This document shows positions 9,198 to 17,087 of a DNA stretch of 64,000 nucleotides, one piece after another. The notes beneath the pieces were generated by a model. The model saw only the letters and a program-made list of their open reading frames with translations. It was not told the origin of the DNA and did not search any database. Every line of letters starts with the position of its first letter. Position 1 is the first letter of the stretch. A program made the position numbers and the translations under genes. Origin of the DNA: an uncultured Holophagaceae bacterium. GTDB taxonomy: Bacteria; Acidobacteriota; Holophagae; Holophagales; Holophagaceae. Location: assembly GCA_903868115.1 (NCBI GenBank), contig CAIPUA010000041.1:6377-70376 (forward strand), in the 5' to 3' direction.

Positions 9198-9878
9198 TCA
9201 GACCACCGGTGCCTGCATGAGGGCCTTTAGGCTTTCGGGGAAGAGCGGCTCGATGAGGTCGCGCACAGCCTGGGCATACTGACGGATCTCCCACTGGGCA
9301 TGGTTGTCCAGGCGGAGATGGAGGAAATGGGCGGCGGCCTGGAGGCTCACCGTCCAATAGACCTCTGAATAGAGCCCCAGGGGCAGGAGGCACCGGGCCT
9401 GCTCCCGGCAGACACCCAGTTCGATCAGCTTCTTGTACTCGGTCACGCTGTTCCGGCAGGCCGCCAAGTATGTCTCATGGGCCTGGGCCCGGCCAGCCTC
9501 GGCGATCTCGCCCTCGCTGCCCTGCTTGTTCACCTTGGCCTGCTGGCGGAAAGTCGCAGGCACGAAGAATTCATCCTCTGGGAACTCCACATACCGCCCC
9601 GAAAGTTCATTGAAGTCGCTGCCAATTCGGTGCTTCATCCACTGGCGGAAGACGAAGATGGGTGCCTTCACATGGAAGGTGAGATAGGCGTGGCGGAAGG
9701 GCGCAGTGTGCTCGTGCTCTGCCAGATAGCTCACCAGTTCGGAGTCCTTGGGGTCGAAGGCCTCCTTGCGCTTGCCGAAGCTGACCCGCGCCGCGTTGAC
9801 CACTGAGAGATCCGTACCCATGTGATCGATGAGGCGTACGAAACCGCGGTCGAGGACGGAAATGGAGGGGTGCGACAT
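9198..9878 (-). CDS. thyX: FAD-dependent thymidylate synthase
   Basis: ThyX-type sequence (GFVRLIDHMGTD..., HTAPFRHAYLTFHVKAPIFVFRQWMKHRIGSDFNELSGRY). ATG 9878 is preceded by GGAG; the ORF also extends to GTG 9911. Confidence 0.85.
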   Translation of the reverse strand: MSHPSISVLDRGFVRLIDHMGTDLSVVNAARVSFGKRKEAFDPKDSELVSYLAEHEHTAPFRHAYLTFHVKAPIFVFRQWMKHRIGSDFNELSGRYVEFPEDEFFVPATFRQQAKVNKQGSEGEIAEAGRAQAHETYLAACRNSVTEYKKLIELGVCREQARCLLPLGLYSEVYWTVSLQAAAHFLHLRLDNHAQWEIRQYAQAVRDLIEPLFPESLKALMQAPVV

Positions 9879-9962
9879 GGAGGGCTCCAGGCCTTCAGGG
9901 TAGCCTGCCACCCCTGCTTTCCTGGTCTTCGACTTCTCTGGGCACGAGTTTACAGGGTAGCT

Positions 9963-10715
9963 TTACAGTCCCAACATTTCCTTCAACCGCGGCGTCACGC
10001 TGCGGCTCACTTCCAGGTCCACGCCTTCGGTTACGCGGATGGCGGCCCGGCCACCCTCGAGGGGACGCAGGCCCAATACGGCTTCGGGGCGCAGGAGCAG
10101 ATGACGCTGGATGCGCACGAGGCCTGCTTGCGGGAAGGCTTCCTCCACCTCGCCCAGGCTGGTCCAATCGGTGCGCTGGCGGGTGAGCTTGCCGCCCACC
10201 GGGGCCCAGGCGTAGACCACTTCCTCTTCCACTTCGAAGTGGGTGGTGCGCTTCAGTTCCAGGAAGACATGGCCCTCACCTGCCTTGACAGGGAAGCGCG
10301 GAGTGGTTCCCAGGGCGGTCTTGAGTTCTCCGGCCTTGCGCCGGGGCACGGCACCCTGACGCAGGCGGCTGAGGGCCTTCTCCAGGCGCTCAGCGGAGAC
10401 AGGCTTCAACAGGTAATCCGTGGCTGAGACCTCGAAGGCTCGCACAGCATGCTCGGAAAAGGCTGTCACGAAGACCACCGGTGGGCATTCCTGGCCATCA
10501 GTCAATTCCGCCATGACCTCCAGCCCCGTGATCCCGGGCATCTGGATATCGAGGAAGAGGGCCTCTATGTCCTGACCCTTCCGCAGCCACTCCAGCACCG
10601 AGGGGCCATCGGGCAGCTCGGCTAGGACCTCGCAGCCCGCCTCCCGCAGCAAACGGCCCAGCCGCGCCCGCGCCAGCGGTTCATCGTCAGCTAGGGCCAC
10701 CCTCAGCTGCGTCAT
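9963..10715 (-). CDS. LytTR-family two-component response regulator
   Basis: 250 aa. Receiver domain (ALADDEP..., FLDIQMPGITG) followed by a LytTR DNA-binding domain. Start overlaps the kinase stop by 4 nt. Confidence 0.85.
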   Translation of the reverse strand: MTQLRVALADDEPLARARLGRLLREAGCEVLAELPDGPSVLEWLRKGQDIEALFLDIQMPGITGLEVMAELTDGQECPPVVFVTAFSEHAVRAFEVSATDYLLKPVSAERLEKALSRLRQGAVPRRKAGELKTALGTTPRFPVKAGEGHVFLELKRTTHFEVEEEVVYAWAPVGGKLTRQRTDWTSLGEVEEAFPQAGLVRIQRHLLLRPEAVLGLRPLEGGRAAIRVTEGVDLEVSRSVTPRLKEMLGL

Positions 10716-11785
10716 GGTTTCCTCCTAATCCGAATCAATGCAATCCGCACTTCGGCCAGGGTCTCGTCACCTTCGCCCCAGAGCCGGAAAGATGCGTGAT
10801 CGCCGTAGGCGAGAAAGAGGCGGGCCTCGAGGTTGCCCACGCCGACTCCATTGCCCAGGAGCAGCGGCAGAGGCTTGCCACTATTGATCACTCGCAGCAC
10901 CAGTTGCTCGCCTTCCCGCGCCAGAGTGATGGCCAAGAGGCCCCCCTGGACGCTGGGTGCGATGCCGTGCTTGATGGCATTTTCGACCATGGGCTGAACA
11001 AGGAATGGAGGCGTCTCGAAATTTTCCAGACTTTCATCCCAGGCCCATTTGACTTCCAGGCGCTCTCCCAGCCGCATGGACTCCACGGCGAGGTAGCGGC
11101 TCACCAGAACTCGCTCCTCGCGCAGAGGTGAGGAAGGCTTGCCACCGTGATCCAGCAGGGCCCGATAGAGCGAGGCGAGATCCAGAATGCCTTTCTCGGC
11201 AGCGACCGGATCAATATGCACCAGTTCCGCCAAGCCGTTGAGGGCATTGAAGAGGGCGTGAGGGCTTAGCTGGCCGCGGAGCAATACCCAGTGTGCCTCC
11301 CTCAGTTTCTTTTCCGTTTCTTCCTTGAGCATCCGTGTGCGTTCCCAGAGCGTAATAAAGTAGCCCGCGAGCATGGTGGCCGGCACCCAGATGGCCAGGG
11401 CCGAACCAAGAGCAAGCAAGGCCAAGGGTCGGCTTGAGCGCGATGCAGTGATGGTGCTGAGGAGGATCTGTAGTCCGCCCAGCAGCAGAATAAAAGTGGC
11501 CGCGAAGATCCCCGACTGAAACAGGCCCTTTAACAAGGGCGCATGTGTGGCCCGTCCGTGGGTCCACAGCCAGGGCGCTGGCGAAAGCCAGAGAATCAAC
11601 ACCGGCAAACCGAAGGAACCGAGCAAGGCGCTGAGCAGCGTGGTGGGGTGATAGCTGCCCGGCACCAGGGCCATGGTCCCCGCAGACACCAGGGTCAGCA
11701 GCATCCCAAACCCGAGCACTGGCAACCAGACCCACAGGCTGCGCAGGCGGGCCTTCTCATAGGCGATCACATCCTGAATGCGCAT
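10712..11785 (-). CDS. LytS/YehU-type sensor histidine kinase (membrane-embedded sensor)
   Basis: 357 aa with about 5-6 N-terminal TM helices. His_kinase H-box LSPHALFNALNGLAELV. HATPase N-box PFLVQPMVENAIKHG. Confidence 0.85.
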   Translation of the reverse strand: MRIQDVIAYEKARLRSLWVWLPVLGFGMLLTLVSAGTMALVPGSYHPTTLLSALLGSFGLPVLILWLSPAPWLWTHGRATHAPLLKGLFQSGIFAATFILLLGGLQILLSTITASRSSRPLALLALGSALAIWVPATMLAGYFITLWERTRMLKEETEKKLREAHWVLLRGQLSPHALFNALNGLAELVHIDPVAAEKGILDLASLYRALLDHGGKPSSPLREERVLVSRYLAVESMRLGERLEVKWAWDESLENFETPPFLVQPMVENAIKHGIAPSVQGGLLAITLAREGEQLVLRVINSGKPLPLLLGNGVGVGNLEARLFLAYGDHASFRLWGEGDETLAEVRIALIRIRRKP

Positions 11786-11816
11786 GCTTCAGTTAGGGCC
11801 CGTCTTTCTCTTTTGC

Positions 11817-12860
11817 CTATGCCATCCCATGCTTCTTCATAATGGCGCCGCGCTGAGTGTCGAATTCGGCCTGGGTGATGAGTTGGGAGTCGAAGAGATC
11901 CTTCAGGTCGGTCAACTCTTCCTTCAGGCTCTTCGCGGAGGCTGCAGGTGCGGCGGGTGCGTTGCCGGCGGGGTAGGGCTGCTGGGCCATCTGCCCCATG
12001 CCGGCGCCCATCTGCTGGCCCATCATGTTGCCCATGCCCACGCCCATGCCAAGCCCCATGCCCATGCCGGCCATGCCACCCGGATTCTGGGCGGCTAGAG
12101 GCATGCTGTCGGCCACCTGCATCTGGGTGTAGGCGCCCATGACGGGGGCCATCATGCCCACGCTGGTGCGCTTGTCCATCATGGCCTCGACCTCTTCGGG
12201 GAGGCTGATGTTCTCGATGAAGAACTTCGAGCACTCCAGGCCCATGGTCTGGAATTCGGGGTCCATCTTCTGACGCAGGAGATCTGAGATCTCGTCATAT
12301 TTGGCGGCGAGATCCAGGGCGGGCACCTTGGCTTCGCCCAGGGCATCCGTGAACTTGCTGATGATGCTCTTGCGGAGCTGTTCCTGGATATCGGCCACCG
12401 TGAAGAGGCCGTTGGTGCCGACGACATTCTTCAGGAAGCTCTTGGAGTCCTTCACGCGGATGGAGTAAATACCGAAGGCGCGGATGCGGAGCATGCAGAA
12501 GTCCGCATCGCGCATCATGATCGGGTTCGGCGTGCCCCAGCCCAGATCGTTGAAGAGCTTGGTATTCAAAAAGTAGACATCACTCTTGAAGGGGCTTTCG
12601 AAGCCGTACTTCCACCCCTTCAGCGTTGCCAGGATAGGCAGATTCTGGGTGGTCAGGTTGTGGGTGCCCGGTGTGAAGCAGTCCGCGAACTGGCCTTCGT
12701 TGACGAAGACCGCCTCCTGGCTTTCGCGCACCACCAGTTTGCCGCCGGTCTGGATCTCCTGGCCGCGCATGGGAAAGCGCCAGGCCATGGTGTCGTTGGA
12801 GTCATCCAGCCATTCGAGGATGTCGAGAAATTGCGCCTTGCCCCAATCCATCAAGCCCAT
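11817..12860 (-). CDS. SPFH (band 7)/YdjI-like 'virion core protein' family protein with Gly/Met-rich linker and C-terminal SHOCT domain
   Basis: ATG 12860 has GGAGG 5-6 nt upstream and gives MGLMDWGKAQFLDILEWLDDSNDTMAWRFP, the typical N-terminus of this family. C-terminal LKDLFDSQLITQAEFDTQRGAIM resembles SHOCT. The ORF also extends to TTG 12872. Confidence 0.75.
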   Translation of the reverse strand: MGLMDWGKAQFLDILEWLDDSNDTMAWRFPMRGQEIQTGGKLVVRESQEAVFVNEGQFADCFTPGTHNLTTQNLPILATLKGWKYGFESPFKSDVYFLNTKLFNDLGWGTPNPIMMRDADFCMLRIRAFGIYSIRVKDSKSFLKNVVGTNGLFTVADIQEQLRKSIISKFTDALGEAKVPALDLAAKYDEISDLLRQKMDPEFQTMGLECSKFFIENISLPEEVEAMMDKRTSVGMMAPVMGAYTQMQVADSMPLAAQNPGGMAGMGMGLGMGVGMGNMMGQQMGAGMGQMAQQPYPAGNAPAAPAASAKSLKEELTDLKDLFDSQLITQAEFDTQRGAIMKKHGMA

Positions 12861-12982
12861 TTCTGCCTCCAAAGCGACCTTCGCCGCAGGACAAGTGTAA
12901 GCGTCCCGTCAAGCTGGGGGGTGCCGACGGGGGAAAACGCCACATTCATCGGTGGATGGATGGGCCTCACCGCCGAACGGAA

Positions 12983-13297
12983 TTAACGACGACGACTGGG
13001 AGCCTTGGGATTGGGGATGCGGTCCTTGGTGTAGACCGAGTGGCTGTCGGCGTCAATGACGCAGCGCCACCCCCGTTCTTCCTTGGGCATTCGCACCTCC
13101 ACTTCCCAGCCTCCCGAGGCGCCATTGAGGGGGACGCGCCTGGCGGTCAGGGCGGTCCCGCCGGTTTCCCGCTCGGCGATCTCCTTGGCGGCCTTCGCGG
13201 TGCTCACGGGACCCCCCCGGTGGGATTGCTTCTTCTGCGAACCACCGCCCGCGACCAGCACGAGGGAAGGCACCAATACCAGGGCCGCGAAACGCAT
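12983..13297 (-). CDS. PepSY domain protein (secreted)
   Basis: 104 aa with a signal-like N-terminus MRFAALVLVPSLVLVAGG. PepSY-like AKEIAERETGGTALTARRV..GGWEVEVRM..RCVIDADSHSVY. Confidence 0.55.
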   Translation of the reverse strand: MRFAALVLVPSLVLVAGGGSQKKQSHRGGPVSTAKAAKEIAERETGGTALTARRVPLNGASGGWEVEVRMPKEERGWRCVIDADSHSVYTKDRIPNPKAPSRRR

Positions 13298-13330
13298 CGT
13301 GGTTGTCCTTTCGGAAGAGATGAAGCCAGA

Positions 13331-14251
13331 TTAGATGCGTGCCTCAGGGATGTCCAGGGCGCGGAGCCACGCTGCGTGTTCGGTGGGCCGCTCGCTGCGG
13401 TTGCCCCCATAGCGCAAGGCCACGATCCTCAGACTTCCCTCGGCGAAGCCCACCAACACGCCCTCGGGAGTGGAACGGAAATGGCCTGTGGGGCAAGGCG
13501 CCACAGAGGGCAAGGCCCAGGGGACTTTGAGCTGCCCCTGCGCGGTCTCAAGGAAGGCGTTGGGCCAAGGATCGGCCACGGCGCGGAGTTGATTGAATGC
13601 TGCCTGGGCGGTCATCCCGAAAGCCAGGCAACTATCCTGGGGCTTCCGCCCACCGAAGTAGGTAGATGGGCCGAGTTGTCTCTGCACGATCCGGGTGGCG
13701 CTTCCATGCACGATTTGGGGAACGCTTTCGCGCACCAATTTCCGACCCGCCTGGGCGGCCTTGAGGGTGAGACTGAGGGCCGTGTCGTCCCAGTCGATGG
13801 GGATCCGGGCCTGGGCGAAGATATCGCCGTCATCGGGCTTGGGGGTCATTGCGTGCAAGGTAATGCCGGTTTCAATCTCGCCTTTCACCAGCACCCAGTT
13901 GATGGGCGCCCGGCCCCGGTAATGCGGCAGCAGCGAGCCGTGCAGGTTGTAGGCGCCGAGGCGGGGAATCTCCAGAAAGCGGGCCTGGATCATCTCCCGG
14001 AAGTAGAAGCTCAGGAGGAGATCGGGGTGTGCGTCCCGGATGGCTTGGTAGACGGAATCCGCATTAAAGGTCGTCTCCATATTTACGGGAATGCTGTGAG
14101 TCAGGGCCAGTGCGGCAGGGGCTTCGAACCAGGCTTCATCGGCTGCCTGGCGATAGGTATAGAGCGCCAGGACCTCGACGCCTGCCTCCAGTAGTCCGGC
14201 CAGGGCCTCTCGGCCCACGGGGGAATAGGCACAAACGATGGCAGTGGTCAT
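13331..14251 (-). CDS. Formyltransferase (Fmt/ArnA N-terminal-domain-like)
   Basis: 306 aa. Formyl-transferase core AYNLHGSLLPHYRGRAPINWVLVKGE.ETGITLH...DDGDI plus a C-terminal Fmt-like domain. Confidence 0.8.
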   Translation of the reverse strand: MTTAIVCAYSPVGREALAGLLEAGVEVLALYTYRQAADEAWFEAPAALALTHSIPVNMETTFNADSVYQAIRDAHPDLLLSFYFREMIQARFLEIPRLGAYNLHGSLLPHYRGRAPINWVLVKGEIETGITLHAMTPKPDDGDIFAQARIPIDWDDTALSLTLKAAQAGRKLVRESVPQIVHGSATRIVQRQLGPSTYFGGRKPQDSCLAFGMTAQAAFNQLRAVADPWPNAFLETAQGQLKVPWALPSVAPCPTGHFRSTPEGVLVGFAEGSLRIVALRYGGNRSERPTEHAAWLRALDIPEARI

Positions 14252-14379
14252 TTCTTACTCCCGAAGACACCATCTTGGGGCAGTTTGACATTCCGGTCTG
14301 CCCCCGGGCCAGCACCCTTCACCACCGTTTGCCGTTGTCTCATACCAAGAGGGTCGTATCTTGGTGTTGCGAGGTCTCC

Positions 14380-15468
14380 GTGCTCCTTCGTGCCGTGCCA
14401 GCTCTGATTCTTTGTGTGCCTTCCTGCGGACAGGAGCAGGATCCGTTGGCGATGCCACCGGAACTCCAGGTCTTCGCGCGACGAGCCACGGCGATCCAGC
14501 CCATGACGAAGGGCAAACTGCAACATCTGCTCGATGCCATCTTCAGGCCCGAGGCGAATGGGGGCCTGGGCATGGTTTACGACAACAGCTACACGCGGAC
14601 AGTGGCTGAGGTTTGGCGGGACCGAAAAGCGAACTGCCTTTCCCTGACCGCCTTTTATATCGCCGCCTGCGATTCCATCGGTATCCGCGCCCACTACGCT
14701 GAGGCCCTCAACACGAATCGGTGGAGACGCGTGGGTCAGGTGATCCGCTTCGAGCGGCACCTGGTCGCCCTGGTTCCGCTGCCCCCCGTCGAGGATGTCG
14801 TGGCGGATTTCCTTCCCCAGTTGCGCCGGCGGATGGGAGTCTATCAAGTCTTGGTGCTTCCGGCGAACCGTGTAAGGGCCCTCTTTTCCGCCAATCGAGC
14901 CGTAGAACTGATGGAAGAGGGAAGCGCCGATGAGGCCCTGGCGAAGGCTGAGGCCTCAGTCAAGACCGACCCCGGGATGAGCGTGGGCTGGAACATCCTG
15001 GGGGTGGTTCTGAAGTCCCGGGGAGAAATGGAAGCCACAGAAAAGGCCTTCAGGCGGGCGCTCGTGTGCGATCCGAAGGACAGTTCAGCCATCGGCAACA
15101 TGGAGGCTCTCATGCGGGAGCAGGGGCGCCTGGATGAGGCTCTCCAGTTCCGGGTCTTGGGGCAGGAAGTGCGGAAAAAGGACCCGTTCTTCCACGCGTT
15201 CCTAGCGGAGGAATCGATGGCCGCGGGCGATTACGAGGAAGCCCAGAAGCGAATCAAGGCGGCGCTCAAGATCCTGCCCCGTGAGCCCGAATTCTTCCTG
15301 ACATTCGCCCGGCTCCACATCCTTCTCGGCAAGACGGATGCCGCTGTAAAGGACCTTGAAGAGGCCCAGCGCTGGGCCATTCCCGAGGAACGGGAACGCT
15401 ACGACGGCAAGCTGGCCGCTATCCGGGAGCAGCAGAAGGGGAAGGAAGGGGACGCGAAAGTGAAGTGA
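14380..15468 (+). CDS. Transglutaminase-like cysteine-protease-fold domain fused to TPR repeats (secreted/lipoprotein-like)
   Basis: Best start is GTG 14380, giving (M)LLRAVPALILCVPSCGQEQ (signal/lipobox-like). Core RKANCLSLTAFYIAAC...FERHLVALV. The C-terminal half is TPR-like (AEASVKTDPGMSVGWNILGVVL..., ALVCDPKDSSAIGNMEAL...). The ORF upstream of 14380 overlaps the formyltransferase gene. Confidence 0.65.
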   Translation: MLLRAVPALILCVPSCGQEQDPLAMPPELQVFARRATAIQPMTKGKLQHLLDAIFRPEANGGLGMVYDNSYTRTVAEVWRDRKANCLSLTAFYIAACDSIGIRAHYAEALNTNRWRRVGQVIRFERHLVALVPLPPVEDVVADFLPQLRRRMGVYQVLVLPANRVRALFSANRAVELMEEGSADEALAKAEASVKTDPGMSVGWNILGVVLKSRGEMEATEKAFRRALVCDPKDSSAIGNMEALMREQGRLDEALQFRVLGQEVRKKDPFFHAFLAEESMAAGDYEEAQKRIKAALKILPREPEFFLTFARLHILLGKTDAAVKDLEEAQRWAIPEERERYDGKLAAIREQQKGKEGDAKVK

Positions 15469-15610
15469 CAGGAAGGTGGTTGCCGAACCGCCCTGTGTGA
15501 AAAGGGATTCCCGGTTTGAGGCCAGGGAAGAAATGGCCGAATGCTGGCGCCCAGGGTCCACGGTAGACTTTAAGGTCAGGGCCAATCGCCCCTTTGACCA
15601 CGAGGGACCC

Positions 15611-15901
15611 ATGCCGCTTTACGAATATCGATGCGAAGCCTGCGGGAAAACCGAAGAGAAACTCGAAGGACTCTCGGCCCCGGATCACCATGATTGCCCC
15701 GGGTGCGGTGGCACGGATGGCATGCGTCGTCAGGTTTCCGTTGCCGCCTTCGCGCTTTCCGGAAATGGATGGTACGCGCAGGGTTACGGAAAGGAAAGTG
15801 GAGCCAAAGCCGAAATAACGGAAACGACCGCCGCCAAGCCCGAGCCAACCCCAGCCAAGCCTGCCGGTGACTGCTGCGGGGGGTCCTGCGCCTGCCACTG
15901 A
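15611..15901 (+). CDS. FmdB-family zinc-ribbon protein
   Basis: MPLYEYRCEACG...CPGCGG...NGWY with a Cys-rich tail DCCGGSCACH. ATG at 15611. Confidence 0.75.
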   Translation: MPLYEYRCEACGKTEEKLEGLSAPDHHDCPGCGGTDGMRRQVSVAAFALSGNGWYAQGYGKESGAKAEITETTAAKPEPTPAKPAGDCCGGSCACH

Positions 15902-15924
15902 ATGGGCCGCCGCCCTCGCAGCAT

Positions 15925-15958
15925 TTGACTTTGACTTTCCTTGGCTTTTTGCTAGGAT
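15925..15958 (+). promoter_or_regulatory. Putative sigma70-type promoter of the rpsL-rpsG-fusA operon
   Basis: Tandem TTGACT TTGACT (15925-15936), then a 16-nt spacer and TAGGAT (15953-15958), about 125 nt upstream of rpsL. Confidence 0.4.
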
Positions 15959-16081
15959 CATAGGTTCGCGGCCCTCGTGGGTCGTGCTGTTTCATGTCTG
16001 TCCGATGTCGCCGCCCATGCGGTGTTCGACCTCTCGGGCCCAGGCCCAGGACGTTCCTGGCGCCCCTGCTAGGAGGTTGGA

Positions 16082-16471
16082 GTGCCAACCATCAATCAGC
16101 TGATCCGCCAAGGGCGGTCGTCCTACAAGAACAAGACGAAGAGCCCCGCGCTCAACGCCTGTCCCCAGAAGCGCGGTGTTTGCACCCGCGTTTTCACCAC
16201 CACCCCCAAGAAGCCGAACTCCGCGCTTCGCAAAGTGGCCCGTGTGCGTCTCACCAACGGCATCGAGTGCACGACCTACATCCCCGGTGTGGGCCACAAT
16301 CTGCAGGAGCACAGCATCGTGCTCATCCGCGGAGGTCGCGTCAAGGACCTGCCGGGCGTCCGCTATCACGTGGTCCGTGGGACTCTCGACACCACCGGCG
16401 TCGCCAATCGCAACCAGTCCCGTTCCAAGTACGGCGCGAAGCGGCCCAAGGCCGCGGCCGTCAAGAAGTAA
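16082..16471 (+). CDS. rpsL: 30S ribosomal protein S12
   Basis: (GTG)[11 protein letters not shown]...[19 protein letters not shown]; SD GGAGG upstream; canonical position. Confidence 0.97.
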   Translation: MPTINQLIRQGRSSYKNKTKSPALNACPQKRGVCTRVFTTTPKKPNSALRKVARVRLTNGIECTTYIPGVGHNLQEHSIVLIRGGRVKDLPGVRYHVVRGTLDTTGVANRNQSRSKYGAKRPKAAAVKK

Positions 16472-16483
16472 GGGAGGCAGCCC

Positions 16484-16954
16484 ATGTCCCGTCGCAGCAC
16501 TCCCGCCAAACGTGAGATCCTTCCCGATCCTGTCTACAACAGCATCACGATCACCAAGTTCGTCAATGTGCTGATGGAACGCGGCAAGAAGGCCACCGCC
16601 GAGCGCATCCTCTACGGCGCACTGGAGATCGTCGCCAAGAAGTCCGGTGAGCCGGCGCTGGATGCCTTTGACAAGGCCATCACCAACATCAAGCCCTCCG
16701 TTGAGGTGAAGTCTCGCCGTGTGGGTGGCGCCACCTACCAGGTGCCTGTGGAGGTTCCTCAGAACCGCCGCCAGTCTTTGGCCATGCGCTGGCTGAAGAC
16801 CTATTCTGCCTCTAGGGGCGAGCGCACAATGCGCGATAAACTGGCCGGCGAAATCTTGGACGCGATGAACTTCCGCGGCGCCTCCATGAAGAAGAAGGAC
16901 GATGTCCACAAGATGGCCGAAGCCAACAAGGCATTCGCCCACTTCCGCTGGTAG
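16484..16954 (+). CDS. rpsG: 30S ribosomal protein S7
   Basis: [20 protein letters not shown]...[10 protein letters not shown]; follows rpsL. Confidence 0.97.
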   Translation: MSRRSTPAKREILPDPVYNSITITKFVNVLMERGKKATAERILYGALEIVAKKSGEPALDAFDKAITNIKPSVEVKSRRVGGATYQVPVEVPQNRRQSLAMRWLKTYSASRGERTMRDKLAGEILDAMNFRGASMKKKDDVHKMAEANKAFAHFRW

Positions 16955-16978
16955 ACAGGAAAATACTCACCACGAAGA

Positions 16979-17010
16979 CACGGAGAACACGGAAATCTGT
17001 GTTCTCCGTG
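16979..17010. repeat. Perfect 12-bp stem / 8-nt loop hairpin in the rpsG-fusA spacer (REP-like element or intra-operon attenuator)
   Basis: CACGGAGAACAC (16979-16990) - GGAAATCT - GTGTTCTCCGTG (16999-17010), flanked by the related CACGAAGA motif. No U-tract. Confidence 0.5.
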
Positions 17011-17087
17011 CCCTCTCGGTTTCGGCTGCGCCGATGCACGAGACAACCTGCAATCTCGTGGTGAATCTTTTTGGTAAGGAGGCCCCC

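Noticed and set aside
9198-9911. ThyX motif reads KHR...S rather than RHR...S - possibly an inactive ThyX
   Set aside because: The rest of the motif (..SDFNELSGRY) and the overall sequence are well conserved. A conservative R/K difference recalled from memory is not enough to claim anything.
12956-14194. 412-aa ORF antisense to the PepSY and formyltransferase genes
   Set aside because: A shadow ORF. The minus-strand products have clear family motifs.
14110-14379. Upstream extension of the transglutaminase/TPR ORF
   Set aside because: It overlaps the 5' part of the convergently annotated formyltransferase gene, and its Arg/Pro-rich translation is typical of out-of-frame GC-rich DNA. GTG 14380 gives a signal/lipobox-like start.
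15992-16942. 316-aa ORF antisense to rpsL/rpsG
   Set aside because: Antisense to two universally conserved genes and spanning their intergenic gap. A shadow ORF.
16902-17087. N-terminal extension of the fusA ORF overlapping the end of rpsG (ATG 16902)
   Set aside because: The extension runs through the end of rpsG and the hairpin spacer and has no homology to EF-G. GTG 17088 with AAGGAGG gives the canonical [16 protein letters not shown]-terminus.
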